Below, piece after piece: positions 12,746-25,046 of a stretch of 64,000 bases of DNA. Numbering within the stretch: the first letter of the stretch is position 1; the number at the start of each line of letters is the position of its first letter. The notes under the pieces were generated by a model that had not been told where the DNA came from, did no database searches, and worked only from the letters and a program-made list of their open reading frames with translations. This DNA comes from Craspedostauros australis (lineage: Eukaryota): contig JALAGF010001746.1 of the NCBI GenBank assembly GCA_030167865.1, positions 1-64,000 on the forward strand, written 5' to 3'. A program made the position numbers and the translations under genes.

Positions 12746-14972
12746 TGTGGTTTCGCTTCGTGTATCGGTGTGAATCAGTATGTGCGATTGAGTGTGCGAT
12801 TGAGGGAGATGAAACATCTGACAACGAAGTCATACCAGGCTACTCAATGCTGCGTTGCATTTGTGCCATTCAGTCACCTTCGTTTCTTGTTTCTTTCCTT
12901 GCCATCTCTCTGCCGTGGGTCTTTGTGTTTGTGTGTGAGTTTGTGTGTGAGTTGACTGCAGAACTTCAGCTGTGCATTTTCTTCCCTTGTTTCGTATCGC
13001 TTGGTTGTCGGTTGCCGAGTGTATCAGTGCTACCGCTGCTACTACTGTCAACCACGGGACCGATGTGCGCCCCATTGACGTTGTCAATGCAATGTGCATG
13101 CTGCATCCCAGTTCAAGTCATGATCGTGCGGCACAATTATCTCCTCTTCGAATGGGGTGCTTGTTCTGAATGTCCCCTCTCCATCGATCCATTGGTACGA
13201 GTTTAGGTAGAGTACTGCGACGACACATCCGCACGTGAGCAGCCCTCGCTTGCTCCCCACGTGCGTATCTGAATGCGAATGTCAACAGGCTGCGGGGGGT
13301 AGGTTGATTGGAGCAGATCGTCTGTATTCATAAAGTGCGTCGGGAAGGTGGAATAAACATGAATGCGTCGATGGCCGATCTGGGCCAGCCACGATACTCG
13401 TACAATGGGAGAATTGTGAGTGTGCGACAGAGCATACTCGCATATGCTCGCATGATACGTACGTCAGTGCGCATCTGTCCGTCCACGAGTACGTTGATGT
13501 GATACGACATGGATCGCCGGTCCGTTATGTTCGTTCTGTACCTGTCTATTCGACTCATATGTGCGTATAACATGGTGCATGCATACTCTGCGCCCATCGT
13601 GCTGTACTCTTACTCTGCTCATAGCTCGTAGAATATTATACTCTATTCGTGTTGTACTCATGCGCATACATTTGCGACAGTTCCTGTTGAGACGCAAGAA
13701 AGCAGACGAGGTCGAATTATACGTCTTGCTTTGCTTCATTATATCTTCGGTGAACGCCCGGAACATGAGATGTGCCAGACTCGCACGTCTCCACTTTCCA
13801 TGAAAGTGAACACCTATTCTTGTGCGTTCATTCGAAGAGTTGGTGTGTTTGCATCTCGAATTGCCAGCGGCGATACAGCTCGTATGAAGTCGACGTCTAT
13901 TCGAGTGCGGCTTCGCCCCTTCCGCCGTTTGCTGTCTGATTTCCGTTCGAGTCGATGGGGGTTCTGATTTCCGTAGCGATGCCTCGACGACGTCGATGGC
14001 GATCCAAAGCGTCTTCTTTCGCTTGGTCTCGACGAAATCGCTGCCTCCTTTTGCGCTGGTTTGCAAGTGCCTTTATACGCAGCTGCTCTCATCATCTGAC
14101 GCGAGGTGTTTCTTGTCCACAATACCGGTACGGCAGGGTCCATCCCCTTTCTGGCGTACAAAGTTCTTGCTTGGCTGCACACGAGCTACTTGTGCGCAAC
14201 TCAATTGCTGTGCTCCTCGTGCTCGTGCTCGTACTCGTTCGAGTATGTTCTATTATACTACGACTATGGCAGCTCGTACAATGCCAAACTGTGGAGCCAT
14301 GCAATCATGTAACCAGTGGAACACTTCCGTTCTGCACACTCAGAGTCGCAGAATGTCTGTTGGTTGGAATGTCCCACTCGTTCCAGCAACAATAGTCGTA
14401 CAAACAACCTGATACAAACACCTTGGTTGGCGAAAACCATGGGCGTGTGTGGAAAACTGAGCATTCGAACAGCCGTGTGCCTTCCCGCATGTCGCAGTCG
14501 GTGTTGCTGTTCTCATTTTTTCTGCATTTTGCGTCTTGTTATTAAGCCAGAATATGTCGCATACGACACTACAGACAACATTGCCGGAGTCCGAAACATG
14601 AACTCCCATCTCACGTTGGCAGACAGAGGTGATGAGCCGCGCGTTAAAAAGTCGCACTTCGCACCCACGGTCATCGACGTCCTATTTTTTGTTGCGTTTC
14701 TGCGGAGTATCTGTCCTTGCACCAAACTGCAATTGGAGCGAAGCGTCACCGTTCTCGAACCGGATAACATCACTGCGCGTGCAGCCAGTCTATTGCGCAG
14801 AGTGGAGGAACAGCGACAGGAGGGCAGATGGCGCGCGCTTGCTCTTGGGCAGTACGGGTATTGTGGGCTGTGCCTGCGTCGCCCACCAGGCATCTCACTC
14901 CCATCGTCAGAAATGGACAGAAATCCACAAACACAGCCACAGAGGACACAAACACTCCGTCAAGCTCGCACT

Positions 14973-15006
14973 ATCATCATTATCATCATCATCATCATCA
15001 TCATCA
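14973..15006. repeat. (ATC)n microsatellite
   Basis: Run of atc units with one interruption, in intergenic DNA. Confidence 0.9.
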
Positions 15007-16025
15007 ACACCAACACTATCACTAACAACACCACCAGCAACATCGCATGCATACAAATAGAGCACTCCACTATACTTGATTACTCCACTCTGTCGTGCGA
15101 ATACTCGCATTGAATTGCCGCAGAGCATAGCAGAGCAGATTACTCTGCGATTCAGGAACAGCACAACCACCATCTGCGGAGGCAACACTGCACCAACGAG
15201 TACCAGTCCAAACACAACCACAACCACAACCACGACAGAGAGGCATCTCACACGGCGCCGATCCAGGAAGGCCTCTGTATCAATCGTGCAAGAAACCACA
15301 CGAACAGACTCGTACTCGTACCGCCCACATCTGTCTCAGACAAAAACCAAAATCACGTCACCTGTGTGTGCGCGTTTCTGCCAGTCCTTGGACAACACGC
15401 ATACCAATACCTCACGCCCTTCGGCGACGCAGAACATCGAGACAGCAAAAGGCAATCAGACTCGTCAACGGAAGAACGCACAATACGGCCGCCGGACATC
15501 GACTGTCAACTCCACTCTCGTGTTCCCCACGACCATCTCGCTTCAAGGTCACCATCCGCATTGACTGCGACCACCGACAGCGTTGACATTTATTGCAACC
15601 CCAAGCAGCCCATCACAACCAAGGGGGGACAAGGCAATAAGAAGAGCATCATCGACTGATCATCTCAGGTCGAACCCGCACCCCAGCAGAATCGAAAACG
15701 AGTCCGAATTCTTCGCCAGACAGACAAGAAGGCGCAAGCTCGCTTCCTTGCTCCAGTCAACCAGCATAAAAGCAAGAAGCCGCACACCAGAAACCCACCC
15801 ACATACTCGTACAAGTGCCATACTCTGTCTGGCCTGGTCTCTCGGGTGCTGTCTGTCTGATCACTGCTCTCATACTGCACAACAGAAGCAACACCAACAT
15901 AATTCATCAAGAATCCGTCTTTGCAATCAACCGAGAAGCAACAACACAAACAGCAAGCAACAAACAGCAAACCGGACCAGACCAAGCCAAGCCAAACCAG
16001 CAGTTCGCACACTCGCACCAGGAAG

Positions 16026-18265
16026 ATGAGCGAAACGTACAAGCCAACACGGAAGACAAAAGACTTCCCACGAATGCCGGCCGAATGGGACATCCCTCGC
16101 GCAGAGCAAGGCAGCAAGGACGCGTACCGTTACCGCGATTTCGCAGCCATGCCAGAGGAGAAAGTGGAGATCTCGGAGGATGCGGACAGGGAGGCCGTCG
16201 AGCTCAGGGAGGCTCTGGTGGAGAGCGCCCTGTTGGCAGCCGAGCATCATCGGAAGGAATGCATCATGCCGGCGCAGCCCATGATGCGGGCCAGCCTCTC
16301 CGTGCGCGCGCAGAGGTTCCCGGTCAAGCTATATGCCATCCTGGCGCAGCCAGAGCTCAATGGCATCATCTCCTGGATGCCGCACGGTCGGTCATGGAAG
16401 GTACATAATCCAGGCGTCTTCGAATCCTTCGTCCTGCCAGTCTTCTTCGATTCAGACAACTATCACTCCTTCAACCGGGTCATCAACGCCTGGAGCTTTC
16501 GTCGGATTTCAAGCGGGCCTGACCGCGGTTGCTACTTCCACGAGGTGAGTTCGACCTGGCTTGAATTGAATTGAATTGGGTTGCATGGAATTGAATTGCG
16601 TTGCGTTGCGTTCACTTGCGTACAACTGTCGCGGCGGAGAGTGTACCCATTGTCTTCGAAGGTGTTTGTACCACCACGTGATGGGTAGCTTTGGAACGTG
16701 TCTTTCCACGCATGCTCGCACCGATCATATGCAAATGCAAATGCAAATCTCACACTTCGATGTTCACTTATACTCGTCATATGCGCAACGCTCTCATCTT
16801 ATCGTCTGCAATGCGCGATTTGCAAATTGCAACAACATGCGATGTCGATTACGGCTGCGCTCGACCATTCGATTTTGAAATGGCACAGTTGTTTCTGAGA
16901 GGGAAGCCGCATCTGCAAAAGTACATGCGACGCCTACCGAAGGCAACGCGAAAGCCTGTCATGAACAAAGAAGACGAGCCGGACTTCTTCGCGCTGGAAA
17001 AGTTCAGCCCGCTGCCCACATTGATAGAGGCTGACGAAGAGGATGCCAGAAAGAGGCAGGAACGACAAGAACGAAGACAGCTGGAAAGGGTGAAGAAGCT
17101 CAAGCAACAGCAAGAGGAAGAAGAAGCGTGTGTCAAAGCAATTGCCGCAGCGGCCGCTAGGAAGGAAGGCGGTGGTGATGATGATGCTGCCAGCAAGCCT
17201 GCATCAAACGACGGTCACTCTATTCAAGTCGAATCTCTCCGCTCGGGCGCCGACAAGAAGGACTTTCAGCTGTTATCAGAAGGCGAGATGGAGGCCAAGC
17301 GCAAGATCGTCGCGGTTCGCGCAAGTCAATGCACTTCCGCTCTGAGGCTCCAAGCTCCGCCCGTCGACGCAGGCCTTCAAGCTGAGCTGTATCAGAGGAA
17401 GCACGTGCTTGGTATCCCGTCCGCGGAGCAACCGCAGCCCCATCCTGCACTGTCCGATCCGTACAGCAAGTTAGCCGCCACATCGCACCATCACCTTCAA
17501 GCCGCAGCAGCTGCGCAGGCAGGAATGCCGCCCAATGTACGCGCGGGATTCCACTCCATCTCAGAAGCAGCAGGAGCAGCAGCCGGTTTGGCTGTCGGAC
17601 ACGGTCACGGGCTGCCGCATGGTGCTAATTCTGCTCTCGCGATGGGTGTCGGGATGGGTATGAATCCAGGAATGGCCATGGGAATGAACATGGGCATGGG
17701 TGTGAACATGGGTGTCGGTGTCGGTATGAATATGGGCATGGGAATGGGAATGGGATTCGGGGGTGCAGCCGCCGCCGCCGCTGCTGCTGCTTCGGGGGTG
17801 GCACCAGGAGCTGCTCTGGGTGGGGCTGCAGCAATGAACCCAGCGACCGCCGCGATGATGGATCCAAACGCACTGGCGAGGTATCAGTATCCGTTCGCTG
17901 CTGCTCCGCATCCGACGCTGGCGACAGGCGCCCAGCCTGTATTCCTTCCGCCTGGCATGGTCCCCATCGTGCTGCAATCAGCTCCTATGTACTACCCTCC
18001 TGCGGCTCACCCAGCGGCCGCCGCCCATCATCTGCTGCCGCAATACCATGGTGCAGCGGCGGCAGCAGCTGCTGCTGCGGGGACGCATCCAGCCATGCCC
18101 GTGGTAACGCCATCGTCGGCATCGACGGCGGCGGCAGCCGCTGCGGCAGCAGTAGCAGCTCAAGGCGCGGCCGCGAGAGGAGTCCCATACGCAATGCACC
18201 ACCCAGACCTTGCCAGGTATCCGCCGCAGTATTATCCTGCAATCCGAAGACCTGGAGTGCCATAG
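16026..18265 (+). CDS. Heat-shock-factor (HSF) DNA-binding-domain transcription factor (about 631 aa)
   Basis: Exons 16026-16544 and 16889-18265 with a phase-0 GTGAG..CAG intron (16545-16888). Splicing restores FPVKLYAIL...ISWMPHGRSWKVH...SFNRVINAWSF...CYFHE|LFLRGKPHL...MRR. The domain is followed by a charged coiled-coil-like segment and an Ala/Met/Gly/Pro-rich tail. Confidence 0.9.
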
Positions 18266-19762
18266 CTCGCAGGTACCATACGCGTACATGTGAGTGAAAA
18301 GAAAGGGGAGAATGGCCGAGTGCCATACATCTGGAGATGTACAATACGATCGCTTCATCATCCATGGACATCTGTTAGTGTGTATTATATTATGTTATTG
18401 TACACTCTATCTACAGTGCGCAAGTACGAGCTATACGAAAATTCTTAGGCTCTCCACGTATTAGTAGTAAAATATAATAACTCATGGATTACGTTATAAT
18501 ATTCTATAATCATGTCCAAGCATCCAGAGTACTCGAGAGTGCGCATGATGTCATACAATTGGGTGCGATCTGCAGACTCTGCGAGCATGGACTACTCATG
18601 CGCCCACACGTGAGTCGGTACATTTGCACAGCGAGCGCGAAGTGGAAGATGCATTCCAATCTTATTATCATATTATACTTGCGTGATGGCTCGGAATGAG
18701 TCGCATGTTGCAGCGTGATACGTATCAGTACCAGCCCGCAGCAGTTCTGCGGGTACCGGCAAGAATTACTCCATCCCTTTTGTGAGATTGACTGGATGAC
18801 GCATCGATCGTTCTGCCTGATACACCTTGTACGGAGAATGTGTGCTTGTACGAGTATTCCCAGTGAGGAGAAGTCGACGAGCTCGAGCAGGGTAAACCAT
18901 GTCGGAAGGAGCACGAAGATACGGGTAGATAGATCATGTAGAGTATAAGCGTGGCACTGCCTCCACAACGATTCTCGCAACAGACATATGAGCTGCCAGG
19001 TATAATAGCTCGCAGGCGAAGCGTTGTTCTTCGTTGGTTTCCATCTCTGTCTCTCTTGCGGAAGGTCTCCTTTCTCTCCTCTCGCTGTTGCCTTCATGCC
19101 TTTGGTTGGCAGTGTCGCTTGACTCAAGCTTTCCAGACGGCATCATGGTCGTGGGCTGGGCATGCTGCCCTGCGATTGCGTCAGAACACGGCTTGCAGTC
19201 GAAAGATCCGTGGTATGCTGTGGTTGTATCGGCTCGCCACGCAATAGGATGGGTTGTTCTCAATAGTAATGTGCAAGGAGCGCAACATGCGAGTGTGTAC
19301 GTAGAATACATGGATGGTTGATGAGAGTACGAACTAAAGAGAATCGCCGTGATGGGAGGGTTGGTTCGTCTCTTGTGGGGATTGCACAGAATGATGCCAA
19401 TCCACCCGCCCGGAATTGCACGGAACGGCGATTCGAGAATATGGTGGCTGATCTCATAACGAAGGACATGTTCGTGTTGGAACGGCGACATGATGTTCTA
19501 TAGCCACATTGGGAAGGGAACATGGCAAGCGTGATAGGCATCTTCGGCAGTGACGGTAACAACATTGATTTCGTGTTCCACAAAGTGTATGGTAAGTGCA
19601 CTCATACGACTAGGCACGCAGTGACGTGCCATCATCTGTCTGTGTCCTTGTGGAATGGAGCGGGATGAGCGCGACATCGACATTAAACACTTCGCGCTCA
19701 TTGGTGGAGGTGAGAGAATGGCAATGGCGGAGGAGGAGGGGGGTTGTCCGCGACGACTCTCG

Positions 19763-19797
19763 AAACAAACAAAACAAAACAAAACAAAACAAAACAA
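19763..19797. repeat. (CAAAA)n microsatellite
   Basis: aaacaaacaaaacaaaacaaaacaaaacaaaacaa. Confidence 0.9.
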
Positions 19798-22195
19798 TCA
19801 GACATCACCATTGCCCACATGACAGGGTCGCCTTCCTCTTGCTCTCTCGTTGGGCTCCATTTCTTGTTTGATTCGTTGTCTTGCCTCGTATCGCCAACCT
19901 CCTTGACACCTCGTGGCCCATGCTGTTGTTGCGAGTATAGTACTGTTGAGTGCGACCTATGATACCTACCCTCCGACGACGAGGCTAATGAAAGTTGGAG
20001 GCCGTCCTTTGTTCATTTCTCGAAAAAAGCATCAGCGAAGAGAAGTCGGACGAGACATCCGGTTTCGAATGCGCAGGAAGCCCCCGCGTCCTTCTCCCTT
20101 CGTTGTTCCTGACAACTCGAATGAGAAAGCTGTGTGTGAATTCTGTCTGTGATTGTTGTGGACACTGTTTCTGGTTGTGGTTGTGATTGTTGGGAATGGG
20201 AACGGGAGATGTTCTTGGCGAGCCCTTCTGCGACCGTGGTTGTGCTGGCGATTGAGAAGCACAATCGCGATTGCGGTTGCGCACTTGCGAGCGCGGTGTT
20301 CAAGATGCGATGTGCTGTTTGGCAGCGCTAAGTACTCTGCTTCTGGTTGCATTGCGATACAGTACTTGTAGGTACATACTCGCACAAACATGCTACCACG
20401 TGTTGCGTCGGTTTTGGCCACTGGTTTTGCACAATGGACTGGTTTTTGTCAGCGATTTTTATCACCCCTGCACGCAAGCGCGAGTCGTGAGCAGTTTGAC
20501 ACCAACCAAGCAGGATTGGGGAGAGCAGCTGGCGACCTTCCTGTTCGCAGTTTGGATGTCTTTGCGACTCCTGTTGCAGCACGTGGCCTGAGAGCCAGGC
20601 TATTTATTTGGACAGGCACTGTGTTCTCTGCTATCACTATCGACCCTGCGAGTTTGATGGCGGGACCCAGATCTCTTCGCATTCGAGCCACAACCAATGT
20701 CACTGATCAACGACAGTTGCCGATGCCGATGTCATTTCGCATTCAACAGGACTTGCGCACAGCTCGAGGTTAAAAAGCGAACTATCCGCGGCAACACCGC
20801 GTGCAGTGTGAACGAGATCAGACAGAGAAACAAGGAGACAAGGAGACAGCAAGATCTCTGCGGGGAAACGAGAGCGTCATCCCCAGCCAGGAACAGAGAA
20901 CACAGGGGGCGTTTTGGTGATGCTGTCTGCCCCTCCTGGTTGCATTGATGTTTCCGAGGATGTTAAACCTCCAATGCCCAAATGGTGATGAGATACACCC
21001 TAATCGAGAATGCGACTGTCGCTGTCCTGCTTTTGTGATACTCGCGGAGTTGTGTAAGTTGGTGTTGCGTCGTGGTGGAGTGGTTTCTCTGTCTGTGGCA
21101 AAGAGAAGGAGGCTCCCGCTCTGTGTGTGGCAATCTCTTCCTGATACCAAAGGCTCGTACGACTGCTCCATGGATCTGGAAGACGAGTGAAGCAGCAAGA
21201 GTCAAGCAGTTAGACATTTAACCATCATCCCGTTGCGAGTTTCTTGTCCCTTGACGAGATTCGGTTCTGTTTCTCTCAAACGGTTTTAGACGTCAGCGGG
21301 GGAGGCTGAATTCGCGGAAGTGCGACATGGACTTCAACAAGGCAGTTCGTGAAGAAGATGAAGCAAGACCATAATCGAAATGAACACTCCGTGTCACACC
21401 GCGGAATCCGCGTTCCGCTCCATGCGAGAGATTGCAGCAGAAGCACGAAGAAGCGCAGAACGAGAGGACACAAACAGAAACCTCACAACCAAGAACACGA
21501 CACGTTCCTTCGTTGTCTGCAGCGACAGTCTTGTGTCCATCGTCTCACAAACACTTTGCAGGTTTGAAACCGTTGGGTTGCCACAGAAGCACCACACAAT
21601 TGCACAATCACGTGTCCTTGCATCAAAACACAAAAAGAGAGAGCGAACGACAAGATCGCATCGAATCACATCAACTCCCACGCTCCACACTCTGCTCGTA
21701 TCCAAGCCACCACATCAAGCTGACAAAGAGACACACACCCCTGCTTGGATCATACACACGCACGCAACAAGCATTGAGGTGGACTGCAAATACGACACAG
21801 CCGCAATACGAGTACCAGATAAGGGTGCTCTCAATGCAAACAGAGCTAAGAATCAACAGCATCCATCACATCAAGGGTACATCAAAGAGGCACATCAAAG
21901 GCACATCAAAGAGGCGTCATTGAGCACATCGGAGGCATCAAGGTCACAACCAAACCCCACCACTCCCGCAGGCTGCCCACCAGTTCTCATACATCACAAA
22001 AAGCGACCACCGACTGTTCGGAAACCATCACAATACAGGGTGGCAGTCGACTAACCACCATTAACACGTTAACACATTAACACATTCACGCTATTCTAGA
22101 GCTCAAGGTGGCCAACTAACCATCCATCCACCCTTCGGCCCATCCATCAACAACAAGCAGCAACAACAAGCAGCAACAACAATAACAGCAGCAAG

Positions 22196-24463
22196 ATGAT
22201 CGTGATGAACACGAACTCTGCCGCTGCGGCACTCACGAATGCCTTCGATCCATCATCAGGCGGTGGCGGCCCAGGAGCCGGCGGGGGAGGAGGCAACAAC
22301 GGAGTCGGCCTCGGCAGTCCATCCCTCAACGCACTCGCTGCGGGCAATCACGCGCAGATGGGCAACGGCTCCGTCTCCGCCTTCCTGCGTGGCACCGGCA
22401 ACAACGGGAATGGAGGAGCTGGCCTAGGCGGCTCCACCGCAAACAACCCAGGCAACCCAAACTTCAACTTCGGAAACGGTCTGCTGCAGGGCGCCGGAGT
22501 TCCCAACCAAGCAGCGCAGCAGCTCATGACCGGATTGAACGGTCTGGGAAACGGAGCGGCATCATCGAACAACGGCTCCATGGTTGGCGCATCCGGCCCT
22601 GGTTCCATGAACGCCATGATGGGAGGCATGGGAGCAGCCGCGGCTGCTGCAGCTGCAGGAAACTTCGGCAGCCTCAACACCCTCAACGCCAACAACTCAA
22701 GCCTCATGGCAGGAACAGGAGGCGCCCCCATGTCGCCGGCCATCGGCATGAACGTCAACAACCTCGTCGACCTCAAACGACAGCTCCAGTTGCAGCAGCT
22801 GCAGCAGCAGGTCAACTCCACCATGCAGGGCGGCAATCCTTTCCAGCAGCTCAATGCAGGTGGTGCCAACAACACCAATGCCAACGGCAATGATGCCACA
22901 AACAACAGCAACAGCAGCGTCAACAGCGGAAGTCACAATGGCAACAATTCCAACAACGCCAACGGCAGCCCCAATGCCAACGCCAGCAGCGGCACCAACA
23001 ACAACAACAACATGAACAACTTGGGCAACGCCATGAACCACGCCATGAACAGTGCGATGAACAATGCCATGAATAATGCCATGAACAATGCCATGAATGC
23101 CAATGGCAACAACAACGCCCATGTCAATGTCAACAGCAACAACAGCGTTGCCAGCAACAGCACGAACAACAACGGAACAAACGGAGCCGGGGCAGGCTCA
23201 TCCTCGCTGCTGCAATCCTTCTTCGATCAGCAGAAGGGGCTTGGCGCAGCGTCTGGCATGAACAACCAATCGGCTGCCGCCGCCGCAGTCGCCATGAACA
23301 ACCCCTTCCTCGGCAACGCAGGTGCCAACGCCACGAGCGCCACCGATCTCCTGCAGCAAAGGCTGTTCATGAACAACATGATGAACATGCCCAACGGCAA
23401 CGCGTCCGCCAACAACCCGGTCAACAATTTCAACATGGGCGCCGGCGTCGGTGGTGCTGGAGCCCAAGGGATGGGCATGGGAATGAACATGAACATGAAT
23501 GCGGCAGGCAGTCCCATCAGCGGTTCCGCCATGAACATGGGCGGGATGGCGGGCATGGCCGGCATGGGGGGAACCATGAACATGGCCGGAATGGGGAGCA
23601 TGGCTGGGATGGCTGGAATGGGAGGCATGAATGGCATGGGCGCCATGGGTGGAATGAACATGAACATCAACCCGGCGGCCGCTGCTGCGGCGGCGGCCGT
23701 GGGTTTGGGCAATCCACACCATCCGCTCAACGCGGCGGCAGCAGCGGCCGAGCTCCCTCTTCCGTCGCCCCACTCTCTCTTCCACAGGGACGGGTCCCGA
23801 AGGATGCGCGGGGGTGTCATCGAACCCTTCCCGGAAAAGCTCCACCGACTGCTTCTAGAGGTCGAGGCAGCCGGGCGATCGGATGTCATATCCTTCGTCG
23901 CCAACGGCCGAGCATTCGCCATCCACAAGCCAGACAAGTTCTTCAAGGAGATCGTCCCGCTCTACTTCCGACAGTCCCGCCTCAGCAGCTTCAAGCGACA
24001 GCTCAACCTCTACGGCTTCGAGCTCATCAACACGGGCCCAGCCAGGGGTGGTTACTACCACGAGCTCTTCGTCAAGGACCGCGCCGAGCTGTGCCGACGA
24101 ATGCGCCGCGTCGCCGTCAAGGTCGTCCCCAAGCAGCAGCAGCGAAGGCAGCAGAAGCAGGAAACATCAGGAGCCTCCGGCGAGAGCCGCAGCCCGGACA
24201 ATGACAACAAAGGCGGCGAGACTTCGTCGCCGAATGGACGAAGGCAAAGCCAGGCATCCACGTCTACGTCGCAATCGCCAAAGAGCGGCGCAGATGGCGG
24301 TTCCAGAATAACCACAGCGGCAGACCAGCCAGGAGAAGAGGGAAACAGCAGCTCCGCCAAGGACAAGGACAAGCCCGCAACGTCACGAGGCAGCAACGAC
24401 GCTGACGGGGACAACAGCGACGGCCTTGGCGGCAGCAACAGTGATAGCGACACCGACGCGTAG
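22196..24463 (+). CDS. HSF-domain transcription factor with a long Asn/Gly/Met-rich N-terminus (755 aa)
   Basis: Canonical HSF DBD: FPEKLHRLL...ISFVANGRAFAIHKP...YFRQSRLSSFKRQLNLYGF...YYHELFVKDR...MRR. Single exon with GC3-biased codons. Confidence 0.93.
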   Translation: MIVMNTNSAAAALTNAFDPSSGGGGPGAGGGGGNNGVGLGSPSLNALAAGNHAQMGNGSVSAFLRGTGNNGNGGAGLGGSTANNPGNPNFNFGNGLLQGAGVPNQAAQQLMTGLNGLGNGAASSNNGSMVGASGPGSMNAMMGGMGAAAAAAAAGNFGSLNTLNANNSSLMAGTGGAPMSPAIGMNVNNLVDLKRQLQLQQLQQQVNSTMQGGNPFQQLNAGGANNTNANGNDATNNSNSSVNSGSHNGNNSNNANGSPNANASSGTNNNNNMNNLGNAMNHAMNSAMNNAMNNAMNNAMNANGNNNAHVNVNSNNSVASNSTNNNGTNGAGAGSSSLLQSFFDQQKGLGAASGMNNQSAAAAAVAMNNPFLGNAGANATSATDLLQQRLFMNNMMNMPNGNASANNPVNNFNMGAGVGGAGAQGMGMGMNMNMNAAGSPISGSAMNMGGMAGMAGMGGTMNMAGMGSMAGMAGMGGMNGMGAMGGMNMNINPAAAAAAAAVGLGNPHHPLNAAAAAAELPLPSPHSLFHRDGSRRMRGGVIEPFPEKLHRLLLEVEAAGRSDVISFVANGRAFAIHKPDKFFKEIVPLYFRQSRLSSFKRQLNLYGFELINTGPARGGYYHELFVKDRAELCRRMRRVAVKVVPKQQQRRQQKQETSGASGESRSPDNDNKGGETSSPNGRRQSQASTSTSQSPKSGADGGSRITTAADQPGEEGNSSSAKDKDKPATSRGSNDADGDNSDGLGGSNSDSDTDA

Positions 24464-25046
24464 GAGCGTTCGCTCTCTTCCCCTGACTTGCGTGATGTCG
24501 TCGCCATCTCTTCCATTTCGCCACTCTCCATGTCGATTTTCCCAGTTTTCTCTTTCCTTTGGGCTCGACGGTCTGGCGGATCATCCATCCGGACGGCTTT
24601 GACGCACAGAATCTTTTTGGTTTGTTCGGATACTCTGGAGAGAGAGTATTCTGCTACATGTGTTCCACCATGCTCTGCAAGAAGAGTGCTTTCCTGACGG
24701 TTACTCTACTCCACAATATCTATAATGCAGTTTATATCATACATACACATTCCATTGAATATTCTAGAATCATACCACATCATTCCTTGCAAACCTGAAG
24801 AAAAGAGAGGCAGCATTTACGATTCAGAGTTTCGGTGGTCGAGCACCATGGAACAGTGGTATTTGCAGAGCCACGGCGCTACTCGTTACATCACAGAATA
24901 CGATTTATCACTATCTATTGTGCAATTACTCCAATGTACTCGTACATGGTACAAGCACGTATGCCACGAGGTATGGTACTCCCATCAACCACCGCATTGC
25001 CATTCCCTGATTCTCCTCTGCACTCGTGCCAGGAACAACACACAGA

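Noticed and set aside
15640-15720. GGGTTCGAC T-loop-like motif on the minus strand (tRNA candidate)
   Set aside because: The flanks do not pair into a T-stem and no cloverleaf forms.
18510-19601. Minus-strand ORFs of 113-205 aa between the HSF genes
   Set aside because: No domain signature, consistent codon bias or convincing splice model.
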